Shown: one piece after another, positions 18,016 to 28,348 of the stretch | How positions within the stretch are numbered: position 1 is the stretch's first letter | Layout of the letters: each line of letters begins with the position of its first letter | Origin: Desulfobacteraceae bacterium | GTDB taxonomy: Bacteria; Desulfobacterota; Desulfobacteria; Desulfobacterales; UBA5616 | Assembly: GCA_013791935.1 (NCBI GenBank) | Contig: VMSV01000196.1 | Location: forward strand, 1,745 to 65,744 | Direction of reading: 5' to 3' | Length of the DNA: 64,000 nucleotides | Notes under the pieces: generated by a model | Databases searched by the model: none | Told to the model about the DNA's origin: nothing | The model's input: the letters and a program-made list of their open reading frames with translations, nothing else | Made by a program: the position numbers and the translations under genes

Positions 18016-18300
18016 ATGTTGGCCAATAATAAAAAAATAGAACGCATCACTGCAAGGGTGTCTGAGGATATCAGAAACAGACTTGCTGAAGCGGCAGCCT
18101 TTTCCGGGGCCACATTGAATCAGTTTTTGGTTCAGGCAGGCGTGGAGAAGGCAGAGTCCATTATCGAAAAAGAACGTATCGTCAACCTGTCATACAAGGA
18201 TGCCGAAGTCTTTTTCAGTGCCATTGAAAGTCCGCCAAGGCCAAATTCAAAATTAAAGAAAGCCGCAAAAAAATTCAAGGCTTCCGGACTGAATGAATAA
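18016..18300 (+). CDS. DUF1778 RHH antitoxin (TacA/AtaR-like)
   Basis: ERITARV...AAA.SG.TLNQF...FFSAIESPPRPN.KLKKA; overlaps GNAT gene. Confidence 0.9.
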   Translation: MLANNKKIERITARVSEDIRNRLAEAAAFSGATLNQFLVQAGVEKAESIIEKERIVNLSYKDAEVFFSAIESPPRPNSKLKKAAKKFKASGLNE

Positions 18301-18799
18301 TTATAAAATAGAGCCTTTAAGCAAACATCATAATCGGAAAGATTTTGACTGCGGTGAAGAAGCGTTAAATCAATATCTACTGGCGGTGGCTTCTCAACAC
18401 GCGAAAAAGAGCGTTTCAAGAACCTTTGTTCTAATTGAAGTTGATCGTCCTGAAAAGATTTTAGGATTTGTTACATTAACAGCTTGTGAAATCAGGGCAG
18501 AATTCCTGCCTGATCCATATCCCAAAAAATTCCCTTCGAAAGTGTCAGGGGCTAAAATCGGAAGATTAGCCATTGATAAAGCCCACCAACAAAAAGGTTT
18601 CGGAAGTCAACTTATGGTTTTTGCCATGAGCCAGGCCCTTATTGTCCATGGAAGCATTGGACTGGTTGGTATGATGGTTGATGCCAAAAACGATGAAGCA
18701 AAAGCGTATTACAGGCATTACGGATTTATACCACTTCCGGATAATTCATTGACGTTGTTCCTTCCAATCAAAACCATCCAGGAAGCGGTTGAAGATTAA
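18293..18799 (+). CDS. GNAT acetyltransferase toxin (TacT/AtaT-like)
   Basis: FDCGEEALNQYL, IGRLAID, QKGFG, VDAKN, YYRHYGF. Confidence 0.92.
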   Translation: MNNYKIEPLSKHHNRKDFDCGEEALNQYLLAVASQHAKKSVSRTFVLIEVDRPEKILGFVTLTACEIRAEFLPDPYPKKFPSKVSGAKIGRLAIDKAHQQKGFGSQLMVFAMSQALIVHGSIGLVGMMVDAKNDEAKAYYRHYGFIPLPDNSLTLFLPIKTIQEAVED

Positions 18800-19026
18800 T
18801 AAGGATCTCGATGTTTCCCCCTTTGCCGTGCACTTCAAACCTATCTTTCAGTTGACCGAAGTAAGGACCTTTAAAAAGGCCCTTTAGCTGCCCCTGCCCG
18901 ATGTGATTAGCTTCGGAAATGTTAAGCACCTTTTTCAGGTCCTGTTTCAGAACAGGCCCGAGTGCACCCTATATGCACCCCCAATAAAAAAAAGGTGTCG
19001 AAATGTATCGTAACCCATTGAAAATA

Positions 19027-19072
19027 TGGTGCAGAGGGACAGAATTGAACTGCCGACACGGGGGTTTTCAGT
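19027..19072 (-). tRNA. 3' fragment of tRNA-Phe(GAA), att remnant
   Basis: Minus strand ACTGAAAACCCCCGTGTCGGCAGTTCAATTCTGTCCCTCTGCACCA; no 5' half; TGCACCC direct repeats nearby (about 18963-18980). Confidence 0.75.
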
Positions 19073-19360
19073 AGGCAATTAGCTGATTGATTCAGATCTT
19101 TACAATAGATTATGGCAAGATATCTGAAATTTGATGAAAGTGCGGCTTTCAAAGTGTAATCACAAGATAATCGCCTTGTCCCAGTTTCTAAATTATGTTT
19201 CCAGATAGCTTTTCTTAAACCCATCTTTTGAAGCCCAAAAAGATATGGCTAAGAGGTTTTTAAGCCAATAATTAAAGCCTTTTGTAAATTAATTCAGAAT
19301 ATTGATTTGGTCCGACAAGGTTTCATTACGGGTCAATTTATGTGCGAGAATGGTTGCGTA

Positions 19361-19410
19361 TTGACACTTGAGGATATTTGGTATACTTTATCCGGCATAC
19401 CGTATACCAT
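19361..19410 (+). promoter_or_regulatory. sigma70 promoter with GTATAC operator palindromes for AbrB-PIN TA
   Basis: TTGACA-N15-TATACT with TG extension; GTATAC repeated. Confidence 0.5.
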
Positions 19411-19425
19411 AAATTAGGAGTAACC

Positions 19426-19659
19426 ATGAGCAAGGTAACCGCTAAATTCCAAATCACCATCCCATCTGAGGTGCGAACGGAAATGAACATCATGCCGGGT
19501 GTGGAGATGGGGTTTAAAAAAGAGAAAAATCGCTATTATCTGACCAAGAACCCAAGAGTTAACCCCATTGAAAAATGGCGTGGGGCAATTAAAGGCAAGA
19601 TGCGTTCAGATGAAATGATGAAAAACATGAGGGGGTATGGCATTGAAAGTATCGATTGA
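19426..19659 (+). CDS. AbrB/MazE/SpoVT antitoxin
   Basis: MSKVTAKFQITIPSEVR; AGGAG RBS. Confidence 0.9.
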   Translation: MSKVTAKFQITIPSEVRTEMNIMPGVEMGFKKEKNRYYLTKNPRVNPIEKWRGAIKGKMRSDEMMKNMRGYGIESID

Positions 19660-20101
19660 TACATGTATATTACTGGATCTTCTTTTCGACGACAATATTG
19701 AAAGTATTAACAAGATTCAGAAATGCCATGAAGATCACGAGGAGTTGGTTATCTGCGGGGTTGTATATGGAGAACTATGCCCGGCTTTCATAAAGGACGG
19801 CAAGGACATCGATCTTTTCCTCTCTGAAATGGATATAATGGTTTCGTTTTGTAACTTATCGGATTATCGGTATGCAGGAGAAAAATGGAACGAATATATT
19901 CGCAGGAGACGATTCATCTGCCCTGCCTGTGGTGGAACCATTGAATTAAAATGCGATAAATGTGGGGAAGAGATCAAGTTCCGACAGCATATACCATCTG
20001 ATTTTCTGATAGGTGCGTTTTCTGCGAACCAGTGTGATAGTCTGTTGACCCGCGATTACGGATATTACAGAACCTATTTCCCGGGGCTCCGACTTTTTTG
20101 A
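19637..20101 (+). CDS. PIN-domain (VapC-like) toxin with internal Zn ribbon
   Basis: IDTCIL, VYGEL, DFLIGA, LLTRD; CPACG...CDKCG insertion. Confidence 0.88.
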   Translation: MALKVSIDTCILLDLLFDDNIESINKIQKCHEDHEELVICGVVYGELCPAFIKDGKDIDLFLSEMDIMVSFCNLSDYRYAGEKWNEYIRRRRFICPACGGTIELKCDKCGEEIKFRQHIPSDFLIGAFSANQCDSLLTRDYGYYRTYFPGLRLF

Positions 20102-20123
20102 TAATGGGTTGGGTGAAAGCATT

Positions 20124-20360
20124 TTAAAGACCTGTCGAAACAGTTTTTTCAAGCTTTTCAGCAATCCATACTTTGATCAGGGATTGCCGGGGGACTCCCA
20201 AACGTTTTGCTTCCTTATCCAAAAGCTGAATCATCCAGGTGGGGAAGTCTACATTTACCCGTTTTTGTTCTTGTCCGGGTCTGGTTGCCTTTGAAATATC
20301 AAAGTGTTCGAGAACGTTTTTGCCTTCATCAAAATTTTTATCTAATGTTTTAGCTTTCAT
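20124..20360 (-). CDS. brnA: CopG/BrnA-type RHH antitoxin
   Basis: KRVNVDFPTWMIQLLDKEAKRLGVPRQSLIKVWI; coupled to brnT. Confidence 0.85.
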   Translation of the reverse strand: MKAKTLDKNFDEGKNVLEHFDISKATRPGQEQKRVNVDFPTWMIQLLDKEAKRLGVPRQSLIKVWIAEKLEKTVSTGL

Positions 20361-20610
20361 AAATTTCAATTTCCTCAGTGCGAGAACTTCGCACAGAAAT
20401 TAGTCTTATGTTTTCGCCTCTATAAGTGAATATTGCCGACCAATATCTGTTGTTGATTTTGCCTATCATCATAAAACGGGGCTCATCAACGTCTCTTGCC
20501 GGAATTTGTACTCGATCAGGATCAGTCCAGAGCAACTGGGTATCCTCAAAGTTTATGCCATGCTTTAATTCATTCGAATCGCTTTTTCTCTTGTCATACT
20601 CAAAGTCCAT
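20350..20610 (-). CDS. brnT: BrnT family RNase toxin
   Basis: FEYD..KS.SN..KHGINF, EPRF..IG, IRLISVR. Confidence 0.92.
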   Translation of the reverse strand: MDFEYDKRKSDSNELKHGINFEDTQLLWTDPDRVQIPARDVDEPRFMMIGKINNRYWSAIFTYRGENIRLISVRSSRTEEIEIYES

Positions 20611-20718
20611 ATTGATATAATATATATACCTTTTATATACCTTTTGTCAATTGTGCAGGCATAATATGAATAAGTTTATAGTATAAATTAGTTTATAAAA
20701 ATATACCAAGGAGGCAAA

Positions 20719-21117
20719 ATGGGAAAGGTAACCGATAGTCAGATTGAAAAACTGATGGAGGATATTTCCTTAATAAAATCGGCCATCAGCCGGAACAAAA
20801 ATGTGACTCGAATGATATTGCTGCCAGCCCATTTTAAATTTATGTACTTGGTTTCGGGTATCAGCATAATCGGTTTTTCACTGTTATTCTATTTGTTACT
20901 GTCACATTACGGCAATTACTCTGCAATCCCCGGCAATTTTAAAACCCTTGTAATCGGTATCATTGTGCTGGTTTGGGTTTTGGTGGTTTTTATCAAATAT
21001 TATAAATGGAGCAACTTGATGTCGAAGATCGATGAACGATACGACCTGGGATATGGTTTTGAAAGAATGTTCTCTTTTCCGATTGGCTGGATTCCCCAAG
21101 CGTCGAAAGGGGAATAA
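20719..21117 (+). CDS. Membrane protein, possibly C-terminally truncated
   Basis: AGGAGG RBS; DI..IK.AI helix plus only two TM segments, abrupt end. Confidence 0.6.
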   Translation: MGKVTDSQIEKLMEDISLIKSAISRNKNVTRMILLPAHFKFMYLVSGISIIGFSLLFYLLLSHYGNYSAIPGNFKTLVIGIIVLVWVLVVFIKYYKWSNLMSKIDERYDLGYGFERMFSFPIGWIPQASKGE

Positions 21118-21121
21118 AAAA

Positions 21122-21418
21122 GTGGCAGCTATAGATAAGATCATTCATGAACCCGCCCGTCTGCTTATATTGACCTACTTGGTCGGCAATGAAAAAGATG
21201 AGATTAGCTTTAGCGAGCTTTTGGAGAATCTGGAGCTGACTTCAGGCAACTTGTCGATCCAGTTGAAAAAACTAAAGGAGGCCAAATACTTGGAAATGAG
21301 CAAAACGTTTAAGGACAACAGGCCATACACTACGGTTTCAATTACCCCACATGGCATAGCTGCCCTTGAACGTTATGTTGAAGGCATGAATACCATAATC
21401 AAATCGCTAAAAAAATAA
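21122..21418 (+). CDS. Winged-HTH transcriptional regulator (HTH_34/ArsR-MarR-like)
   Basis: IDKIIHEPARLLIL...LTSGNLS.QL.KL; GTG start. Confidence 0.88.
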   Translation: MAAIDKIIHEPARLLILTYLVGNEKDEISFSELLENLELTSGNLSIQLKKLKEAKYLEMSKTFKDNRPYTTVSITPHGIAALERYVEGMNTIIKSLKK

Positions 21419-21481
21419 GCTCTTTCAGACGGTATTTTTTCAAAGTGCTCTCCGATAATCTGATGAAAGGGGGAAAATGAC

Positions 21482-22336
21482 ATGAATTTTATCAATTCAG
21501 AGCGAATAACTGAGGAGTTGGTAACAATGCCAGAATTCGATCAAAAAAGTCTCTGTCCGTCCTGCAGAAAGATAATTCTACTTCCCACACCCATTGGTGT
21601 CCAGGGAATTGTCTGCCCCCATTGCCAGGCTTTATATCCAAAGACTGAAGGCTTTCTTGATTTTTTGCCGCCTGCGCCTACTGGCCAAAGCGTGGCCCAA
21701 AAATTTATGGACCGGCCCCGCTTCATCAGTGCTTATGAGGGGAAATATTGGCGAAAAAGTATTTTTTTCGCTTTTATAGCCGGCATTTCTTTTTCCCATG
21801 AGTTTGATTTGATAACTAAAGCGGCTGATTTAAGCGGGACGGAGGTAATATTAGACCTGTCCTGCGGTCCCGGCATCTACACTAGACCCTGGGCAAAGAA
21901 GCTGGCCCAAGGATTTGCCGTTGGATTGGATATTTCCAAGCCTATGCTGTCGTATGCCGTGGCCAAGGCAGAAGAAGAGAAGATAAAAAACATTCTCTTT
22001 GTTCATGCGTCTGCCCTCAGTATACCGTTTCCGGACGGCGCATTTGATCGGGTCAACTTCTGTGGCGCATTGCATCTGTTTCCTCATGTTGAAAAGGTGT
22101 TGGGTGAAATCCATCGAGTAATGAAACCCGGGGGAATTTTAACCACCGCATCAGCCCGGAACTGGCTGCCCGGGAAGCTTTCCGACCGGATTTTCGCCTG
22201 GTATAAAAAATTGGGCGTAACACATTTTCGGCATCATGAATTGGTGGCGTATTTCAAGGAAGCAGGGTTCGAAGAGATTAATACGCTGCATGCCAAACAC
22301 TGTTTGTTTATTATAACTGCCGCCAAGTCCTCATAA
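21482..22336 (+). CDS. Class I SAM methyltransferase with N-terminal Zn ribbon
   Basis: CPSC...CPHC, LDLSCGPG, LDIS..ML, MKPGG. Confidence 0.88.
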   Translation: MNFINSERITEELVTMPEFDQKSLCPSCRKIILLPTPIGVQGIVCPHCQALYPKTEGFLDFLPPAPTGQSVAQKFMDRPRFISAYEGKYWRKSIFFAFIAGISFSHEFDLITKAADLSGTEVILDLSCGPGIYTRPWAKKLAQGFAVGLDISKPMLSYAVAKAEEEKIKNILFVHASALSIPFPDGAFDRVNFCGALHLFPHVEKVLGEIHRVMKPGGILTTASARNWLPGKLSDRIFAWYKKLGVTHFRHHELVAYFKEAGFEEINTLHAKHCLFIITAAKSS

Positions 22337-22782
22337 GGGTACGAGATGTCCAGCCATGATCATGATTCTTTCGACTCAAAATTGAATTGGATAAAAATTT
22401 TGGGGTGTCTTCATATAACCATAATTGTCCTATTGTTAAATTTGGACCGATCGGAATATTGAAGGGATACTGAATGCAAACAACACCCCGAGTTTTTAAT
22501 AAGGTTTCATCTATAAATTAAGGCCATTTTCTTTGCTGGTGGTCATTTAAGCAGCTTGCTAAAATATCGATAGTTATTAAATTTTCTTCCCAATTGTTAT
22601 CGCGTGTTTTAGCCTTTTGGGGTCTCTGCGTTGATCAATGAGAGCCTCCATGGCAGATGAGAGCATCTTATTTTCATTCAAATTTTTTCCAGAGTTCTTT
22701 CTTGAAATACCCCTGAATTTTAACTATATTTCTAAATATAAATGTATTTATATCAGAATGTATCCTAACATAACGAAAGAAA

Positions 22783-23766
22783 GTGTTTCCAGTGATAAAA
22801 AAATGCCCCCTTTGTGGCAAAACAAAAGGCAAGCGAGGATGCCGACTGCATGACATGAAATTGATATGCCCGCGATGTTGTGCCGGTATTCGAAACGCGG
22901 AATGCGATCCCTGTTCACATCATCACTCTGCTGAGAATTACCAGGCTGATAAATATCAAAAGTCGGGTGGCCGAGGGTTTGTGATTGAGTTGGATGAAAC
23001 GATCGAGAAACAGGTGGACAAGGCGTTGGGAGAAATTGAAAGGGAACGTTTTACCGAAGCCCGGGAAATATTATCGCCCCTTTTTCAGTCGCATCCGCAC
23101 AACCATTATATTCACTACGGTATGGGCGTTTTTTTTGCCTTTAAGGGCGAAAATCAGAAAGCGATCGTGCATTTTCAAAAGGCCGTTGAAATATTCCCCT
23201 ATTTTGTGGAAGCGCATTATAATTTGGGCATTGCCTACAAGGAAGAGGTGAACATTGCCGGAATGGGGAGGGCTTTTCGAAAGGTGGTCAGATTGGGGGA
23301 ACCGGATGATTCCGTTTGCCACGAAGCAAAAAAAATGCTGGCGGTACTGGAGAAGTCGGTCAGAGAAGTGAATGGAACGGATCTGGACACCTTTATCAGG
23401 GCACAGGATTTTTTTGAAAAAGGAATGTCGTTGATGGAAAAAGGTGAATGGATGAGGGCCATCGATGCGTATAAGGAAAGCCTGACCCTCAATGCCAGTA
23501 CCCCGCAGGCATATGGCAACATGGGGCTTTGTTACGCAAGGTTGGGAAAGAAAGAGGCCGCCATGGAAGCCTTTGATAAAGCCTTGGCCATCGATCCTGA
23601 TTACGAAGTCGCCATTGCCAATAAATTGGTCGCCGAAAAACTGGCGCCCGGGGAGGCGTTGGAAACACCGATACAAATCGTTGAGTACTATAAAGATTAT
23701 AAAAAAGAAGGACGATCGTATCTTGAAGAGCGGGCGCAAGAATTAAAAAACCAACCTGAAATTTGA
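22783..23766 (+). CDS. TPR-repeat protein with Cys-rich N-terminal domain
   Basis: CPLC...C...CPRCC...C..C; TPRs AHYNLGIAY, AYGNMGLCY. Confidence 0.85.
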   Translation: MFPVIKKCPLCGKTKGKRGCRLHDMKLICPRCCAGIRNAECDPCSHHHSAENYQADKYQKSGGRGFVIELDETIEKQVDKALGEIERERFTEAREILSPLFQSHPHNHYIHYGMGVFFAFKGENQKAIVHFQKAVEIFPYFVEAHYNLGIAYKEEVNIAGMGRAFRKVVRLGEPDDSVCHEAKKMLAVLEKSVREVNGTDLDTFIRAQDFFEKGMSLMEKGEWMRAIDAYKESLTLNASTPQAYGNMGLCYARLGKKEAAMEAFDKALAIDPDYEVAIANKLVAEKLAPGEALETPIQIVEYYKDYKKEGRSYLEERAQELKNQPEI

Positions 23767-25046
23767 CGCTCAAATTTAACGAAAAGGCATCCTCCGTGTC
23801 CATCACCACTTTCCAAGGATTTTTAGCCACAGCAAACCTGCACCAAGGGCTGCTGGTGGACCTGTGCGCCGAGCCGGGGGTGATCAGCCGTGCCAAGCTG
23901 CTCACCTATATGGAGCGGCACGGGATTTCGCCCGCAGATAAGGACCGACTCATCGAGCGCTACTGTCGAACGTCCATTCTATATGAAGAGGCGGATTTCG
24001 AATACAGCGTTAATCCGGTGGTGGTCGGCCTGGTCAATTTTTATGAGCGACGGGGACGGCTGACCCATGCGGGATTTCTGAGGGATCAGATCTTCGAGAT
24101 CGGAAAACTCACTGACACCCTGCAACAGCTGCTTTTTGCTGAATTACCGGAAATGGATGGGATCATCGATACGGTGGACAAAATCTATCTGGTGGTTCGG
24201 GAAGTGCGGGAAAGTGGCTACCAGCACTACCAGGCCTGTATGCGCGCTTTCGGGGACATGAAGCGAAATAGTGGGGAACGGCCCATCGATGTGAGAATCG
24301 AGGAGCTAAAAACCGTGCACCGGCGGTATATCGAACCGCTCAGGGAACTCATCGACCCCAACGCAGAGCCGGTCCGGAAGATGGCATTACTTCGCCGCCG
24401 CATGGCCGATCTCGGGGTCGATGCCGGACTTCTTTCCGAATCCGTTGAACTCGATATCCGGCGGGCCCGGCTTGCCATCGATATCCAGTACATCGACCAT
24501 GTCCTGATCCGGCATTTTGAAACCCTGATCGATACCAGCCGGGCGCTACTGAACTCACTTTTAGAGGAAAAAAGCATTAAGGATGCGCTGGCCGCCTGTC
24601 TCGGCGACCTCGGCGGAATCTGGGAAAACCTGACAGCAGATACCATCGTACTCACCGGTTTTCAGGCCAGCCAGACGGCAGGCATGGACAGACAGGGGGC
24701 TTTTTTCAATGACGTGATCCACGGAAAATTCATCCCTCGACCTCGGCCTCTTTCCATCACACTGCCAAAAGAGGAACGGGCCGACCACCTACTTCTTTTC
24801 GATGATCTTCTTCTTTCGCGGATGGAGAAGGATCGTCGCATTGACAGCTGGCCGGGGTTTGTGATTCGGGAATATGTCGCCTACCCCCCTGATGAGCGGC
24901 TAAAAGCCATTGCCTTGCCGCTAATCATGGCGAATCCCCCGTTTGTCGTTCGGATGAGCGAGCAGACGTTTTCAGGGGATTTGAAGGAGTATACAGTGGA
25001 GTTGACCGATTTCGATATTGTCTGGGAGGGTGACAATGGGCGATGA
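23763..25046 (+). CDS. jetA: Kleisin-like subunit of Wadjet/MksBEFG (JetA/MksF-type)
   Basis: First of four coupled genes; helical 427 aa, YIEPLRELID motif; called mainly by position. Confidence 0.7.
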   Translation: MTLKFNEKASSVSITTFQGFLATANLHQGLLVDLCAEPGVISRAKLLTYMERHGISPADKDRLIERYCRTSILYEEADFEYSVNPVVVGLVNFYERRGRLTHAGFLRDQIFEIGKLTDTLQQLLFAELPEMDGIIDTVDKIYLVVREVRESGYQHYQACMRAFGDMKRNSGERPIDVRIEELKTVHRRYIEPLRELIDPNAEPVRKMALLRRRMADLGVDAGLLSESVELDIRRARLAIDIQYIDHVLIRHFETLIDTSRALLNSLLEEKSIKDALAACLGDLGGIWENLTADTIVLTGFQASQTAGMDRQGAFFNDVIHGKFIPRPRPLSITLPKEERADHLLLFDDLLLSRMEKDRRIDSWPGFVIREYVAYPPDERLKAIALPLIMANPPFVVRMSEQTFSGDLKEYTVELTDFDIVWEGDNGR

Positions 25047-25620
25047 CACGCCGGAAGAGACCGCCAGAATCATTCAGATCCTGCTGCGGGGCTACCAGTT
25101 CAGCGATGCCGATCTGTTCAAACCCGGCTATGACCGCTGGTACAATATCCTGGACCGTCATTTCGACTGGTTCCGGGAGCATCTGAGTTTAAGCGGATTT
25201 TCGCTACGCCGGGACCATTCAGTGATTTTCCTTGAAAAGGAAAACAAGCTCCTGAGCCAGGAGGAAAAGCAGATTGTGGTCGTGCTTTTTCTACTGACCG
25301 ATCTGTGGTTGGAAAAGGGGAAGAGTTTCGGTGATCTGTTCCAGCTCAGCGTTTCCTGGACGGAGCTGGACTGGTTCCGGGACGGCTATGGCCGCGAGTA
25401 TCTGGGCCAGGTGGGCATTGAAATGGGTGACGACGGTGAAATGGAACAGCTTTTCAGACGGCTTTCAAATAAAGGGTTTTTAGAATACAGCACAGCGTCG
25501 CGGACCCTGACCCTTCGAAGACCTGCAGAACGGTTGATCAATATGGCCCGTCGGTTGCACCGGCAGATCCAGGCCGCAGGGGTCGATGCCCGGAAGGAGG
25601 AAGCCCGGAACCATGAGTGA
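25036..25620 (+). CDS. jetB: KITE subunit of Wadjet/Mks (JetB/MksE-type)
   Basis: About 195 aa between kleisin and SMC genes; LLRG...LSGFSL...RLSNKGF tandem wHTH pattern. Confidence 0.75.
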   Translation: MGDDTPEETARIIQILLRGYQFSDADLFKPGYDRWYNILDRHFDWFREHLSLSGFSLRRDHSVIFLEKENKLLSQEEKQIVVVLFLLTDLWLEKGKSFGDLFQLSVSWTELDWFRDGYGREYLGQVGIEMGDDGEMEQLFRRLSNKGFLEYSTASRTLTLRRPAERLINMARRLHRQIQAAGVDARKEEARNHE

Positions 25621-28348
25621 TTATACCGCAAGCATCCGCCGGATCGGCCTCATCAACAGCGGCATGTTCGATACCCTGTCTCTCAATTTCGACGTCAAAG
25701 CCATTCACCTGGTCGGGGCCAACAACGTTGGGAAAACGAGTCTGATCGCCGTGATTCAGTTCCTGTTTTTCCCGAATTTCAACGAAATGACCTTCATCAA
25801 ATCATCCGGTGAGTCCATGGGGTTTTATTTCCGGCCCGAGGGCTCCTACATTTTGTTTGAAGTGCGCACCATCACCGGAAGCATCCGGACAGTCGGTATT
25901 TACGGCACCGGCGAGTCGGACGGCCGGGTCAATTTCGTGTTCAATGGCGGGTTTGATCTTAATGAATTTTTGAGCGAAGAGAGCACGCCAAAGCCGCTTC
26001 AGGAGCTTCAAGCCGTATTTTTCAGCCGGAACTTCCATCGGTTCGACCGGTTCGAGCGTTATGAGGAGGCGCTTCTGGGCCTTCACACCCACGGCGAATA
26101 CAATGTACCCATGTTCGATCTTTCCAAGACCAATTTCAGGCTGCTTCGAAAGCTCATGCAGGGCCTGCTTCGGCTCGATCGCATCGATGCGGCGGAGGTC
26201 CAGGATCTTCTGGTACGGATTGTGGAGAGGGGGGCGGTGAAAACCCGTTTCAACATGCTCCAGGATTTCGAGCAGAAGTACCGTCATATCAATCAGGTCC
26301 GGATTGAGCTTCGGGAACTGGAGGCACTGAAGCCAGTGGTGGCCCGGTACCAGAAGATACGCGCCCGCATAGGCGAGACAGAGGAAAAGAGAAGATCTCA
26401 TTCCGAGCGGCTGTTTCATCTCTCTTCGGTTTACATGGCCAGGCTTGAAAAAGAAAAAGAGACCCTTGCCCGGGAATTCAAAACCCAGGAAACGCAGCAT
26501 GAAACCCTCGGCGAACAGATCAAGGCCCGGATGAAGCGCATCGGTGATGCGGAGTCCGCCTTAGCTTCGGTCAAAGAAGCAAAGGAGCGATTGGAGGCCT
26601 TGACGGAAATCTGCAGGCAGCATTCGGAATCTCTCATCCGTCGGGAGCGGGACGAACGAGCTCATGCCAAGGTGGTGCTTGAAAACGCCCTGTCCACCGC
26701 CAGGCCCCAAAACATTCCGGACCTCAAACGTCAGCTGATGTCGATCCGCCGGGAACTTGCGGGGGCAAGAAGGCGGATGGAAGCCAAAACCCTGCAACAG
26801 GTCTGGGTGGATGCCGGTTTCGATGAGATGCACCGGGCTCTTCTTTCATTTCTGGTGTCCAATGATCTGTCCAGCCTTTCGGCCTCCGATTGTATGCAGA
26901 ACCGGCAGGCGTTTGTCGATGCCTCGTTGCAAGCGGCGGACTATCTGGATGCAGAGGGCAACTTCAAGGGGTTTGGCCTGAACGTTCCACGGTCGCTCTG
27001 GTTTGTTCCAGAAATGGAACAAGAACCACTTATGGCCCAGTGTGACCGGCTTGAAGAGAATATGGCGAAAATTCATGGCGAGATCGATATCGCAGAAAAT
27101 CAGGAAAAGAAACGACAGGAACTCTCGTCCCTGACAGCGGAGATTCAAGCCAGGGACACCCTGCTTGGCCGGTTTACCGAACTTGCCAACCTCAGCGAAA
27201 GATGGGAAAGCCCGGAAAATATCGAAACCAAACACGCTCAACAGGCCGATGAATTAAAACAGCTCGGTGATGCCGTTGATACCATGGAGGCGGAGGCCCG
27301 GTCCTTACGCCAGACCCAACACCGGACCCACAGCGCTCTTGAAGCGGCAGAAGCGCGGTGGCGGCAAGTCTGCCGGGAGCATGAATCGCTAACGGCGTTT
27401 ACGTCCGTTCTACCGGAAATATTGGATGCGCTTACCCTGGAAGCATTACGGGATGAATACACCCTGGTCCGCGGGAATCTCTCCGAGATCGTGAAATCAC
27501 TGGATAGGTACCAGATGGAGCTTGACGAACCGAGGGTAGAGCTGGAAGCCCGGTATGAAAAGTCAGGGGCGGATGTCGGCTTCGAAAAATGGCTGGTGCT
27601 AAAAACGAACCTTGCGGGAGAAATTACGGGGCTGGAAGCGCAGCTGACGCGGGAGTACGAGGGGATTTTTACCGTGGTCCGGGCAAAACTCTCCAAAATC
27701 ACCCAGGCCTATGAGAGCGTGGAGGCCGAGGTGGCGGCGCTCAACAAGGGTATTCGAAACGTTCGGATTTCCAATATCGAACAGATCGGAATCGCCCTGG
27801 AAAAAACCAGCCTGCTGGATGCCATCGACCTGAGCGTTCCCGGCCAGTTGGATCTGTTTGCCACCCGGTCCGGCGGTGGTTCCCTGGAGGAAGCCCACGC
27901 TCAAGTGGAGGACTATTTCAACCATATCAAGCAGTACGGCAACGAAATCAATCTGAAGGACATGTTCCGGATCAAGTTTTCCGTAAAGTTCAACCATCAG
28001 GCTCAGCCGGTGGAGCGATACGAGATACATCGGTTCGAGTCCAACGGTACAGAGACGGGGGTGAAAATCGTAATTTATCTCGGACTGATCGGACTTCTTC
28101 AGGAGCGAAAAAATGTTGTCGCAACCAGAATCCCGTTTTTCCTGGACGAGGTCGGCAGCATCGATTCGGAGAACTTGAATCAACTCATAGCCTACTGCAG
28201 CCTCAACAACTTCCTACCGATTTTCGCCAGTCCGGAAATTCGCAAGGATATTTCTTGCAACTATCTTTTCAGACGAAACGGAAGCCGAAGCTTATTGGCG
28301 TCCGTGGTTAAAATCTCTGAAAGGAAACCTTCGGCAGGTAGCACATGA
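25613..28348 (+). CDS. jetC: SMC-like ATPase (JetC/MksB-type)
   Basis: Walker A GANNVGKT, long coiled coils, signature ESNGT, Walker B FFLDEVG. Confidence 0.9.
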   Translation: MSDYTASIRRIGLINSGMFDTLSLNFDVKAIHLVGANNVGKTSLIAVIQFLFFPNFNEMTFIKSSGESMGFYFRPEGSYILFEVRTITGSIRTVGIYGTGESDGRVNFVFNGGFDLNEFLSEESTPKPLQELQAVFFSRNFHRFDRFERYEEALLGLHTHGEYNVPMFDLSKTNFRLLRKLMQGLLRLDRIDAAEVQDLLVRIVERGAVKTRFNMLQDFEQKYRHINQVRIELRELEALKPVVARYQKIRARIGETEEKRRSHSERLFHLSSVYMARLEKEKETLAREFKTQETQHETLGEQIKARMKRIGDAESALASVKEAKERLEALTEICRQHSESLIRRERDERAHAKVVLENALSTARPQNIPDLKRQLMSIRRELAGARRRMEAKTLQQVWVDAGFDEMHRALLSFLVSNDLSSLSASDCMQNRQAFVDASLQAADYLDAEGNFKGFGLNVPRSLWFVPEMEQEPLMAQCDRLEENMAKIHGEIDIAENQEKKRQELSSLTAEIQARDTLLGRFTELANLSERWESPENIETKHAQQADELKQLGDAVDTMEAEARSLRQTQHRTHSALEAAEARWRQVCREHESLTAFTSVLPEILDALTLEALRDEYTLVRGNLSEIVKSLDRYQMELDEPRVELEARYEKSGADVGFEKWLVLKTNLAGEITGLEAQLTREYEGIFTVVRAKLSKITQAYESVEAEVAALNKGIRNVRISNIEQIGIALEKTSLLDAIDLSVPGQLDLFATRSGGGSLEEAHAQVEDYFNHIKQYGNEINLKDMFRIKFSVKFNHQAQPVERYEIHRFESNGTETGVKIVIYLGLIGLLQERKNVVATRIPFFLDEVGSIDSENLNQLIAYCSLNNFLPIFASPEIRKDISCNYLFRRNGSRSLLASVVKISERKPSAGST

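Noticed and set aside
19027-19072. Functional tRNA-Phe gene
   Set aside because: Similarity stops at the anticodon loop; no 5' half.
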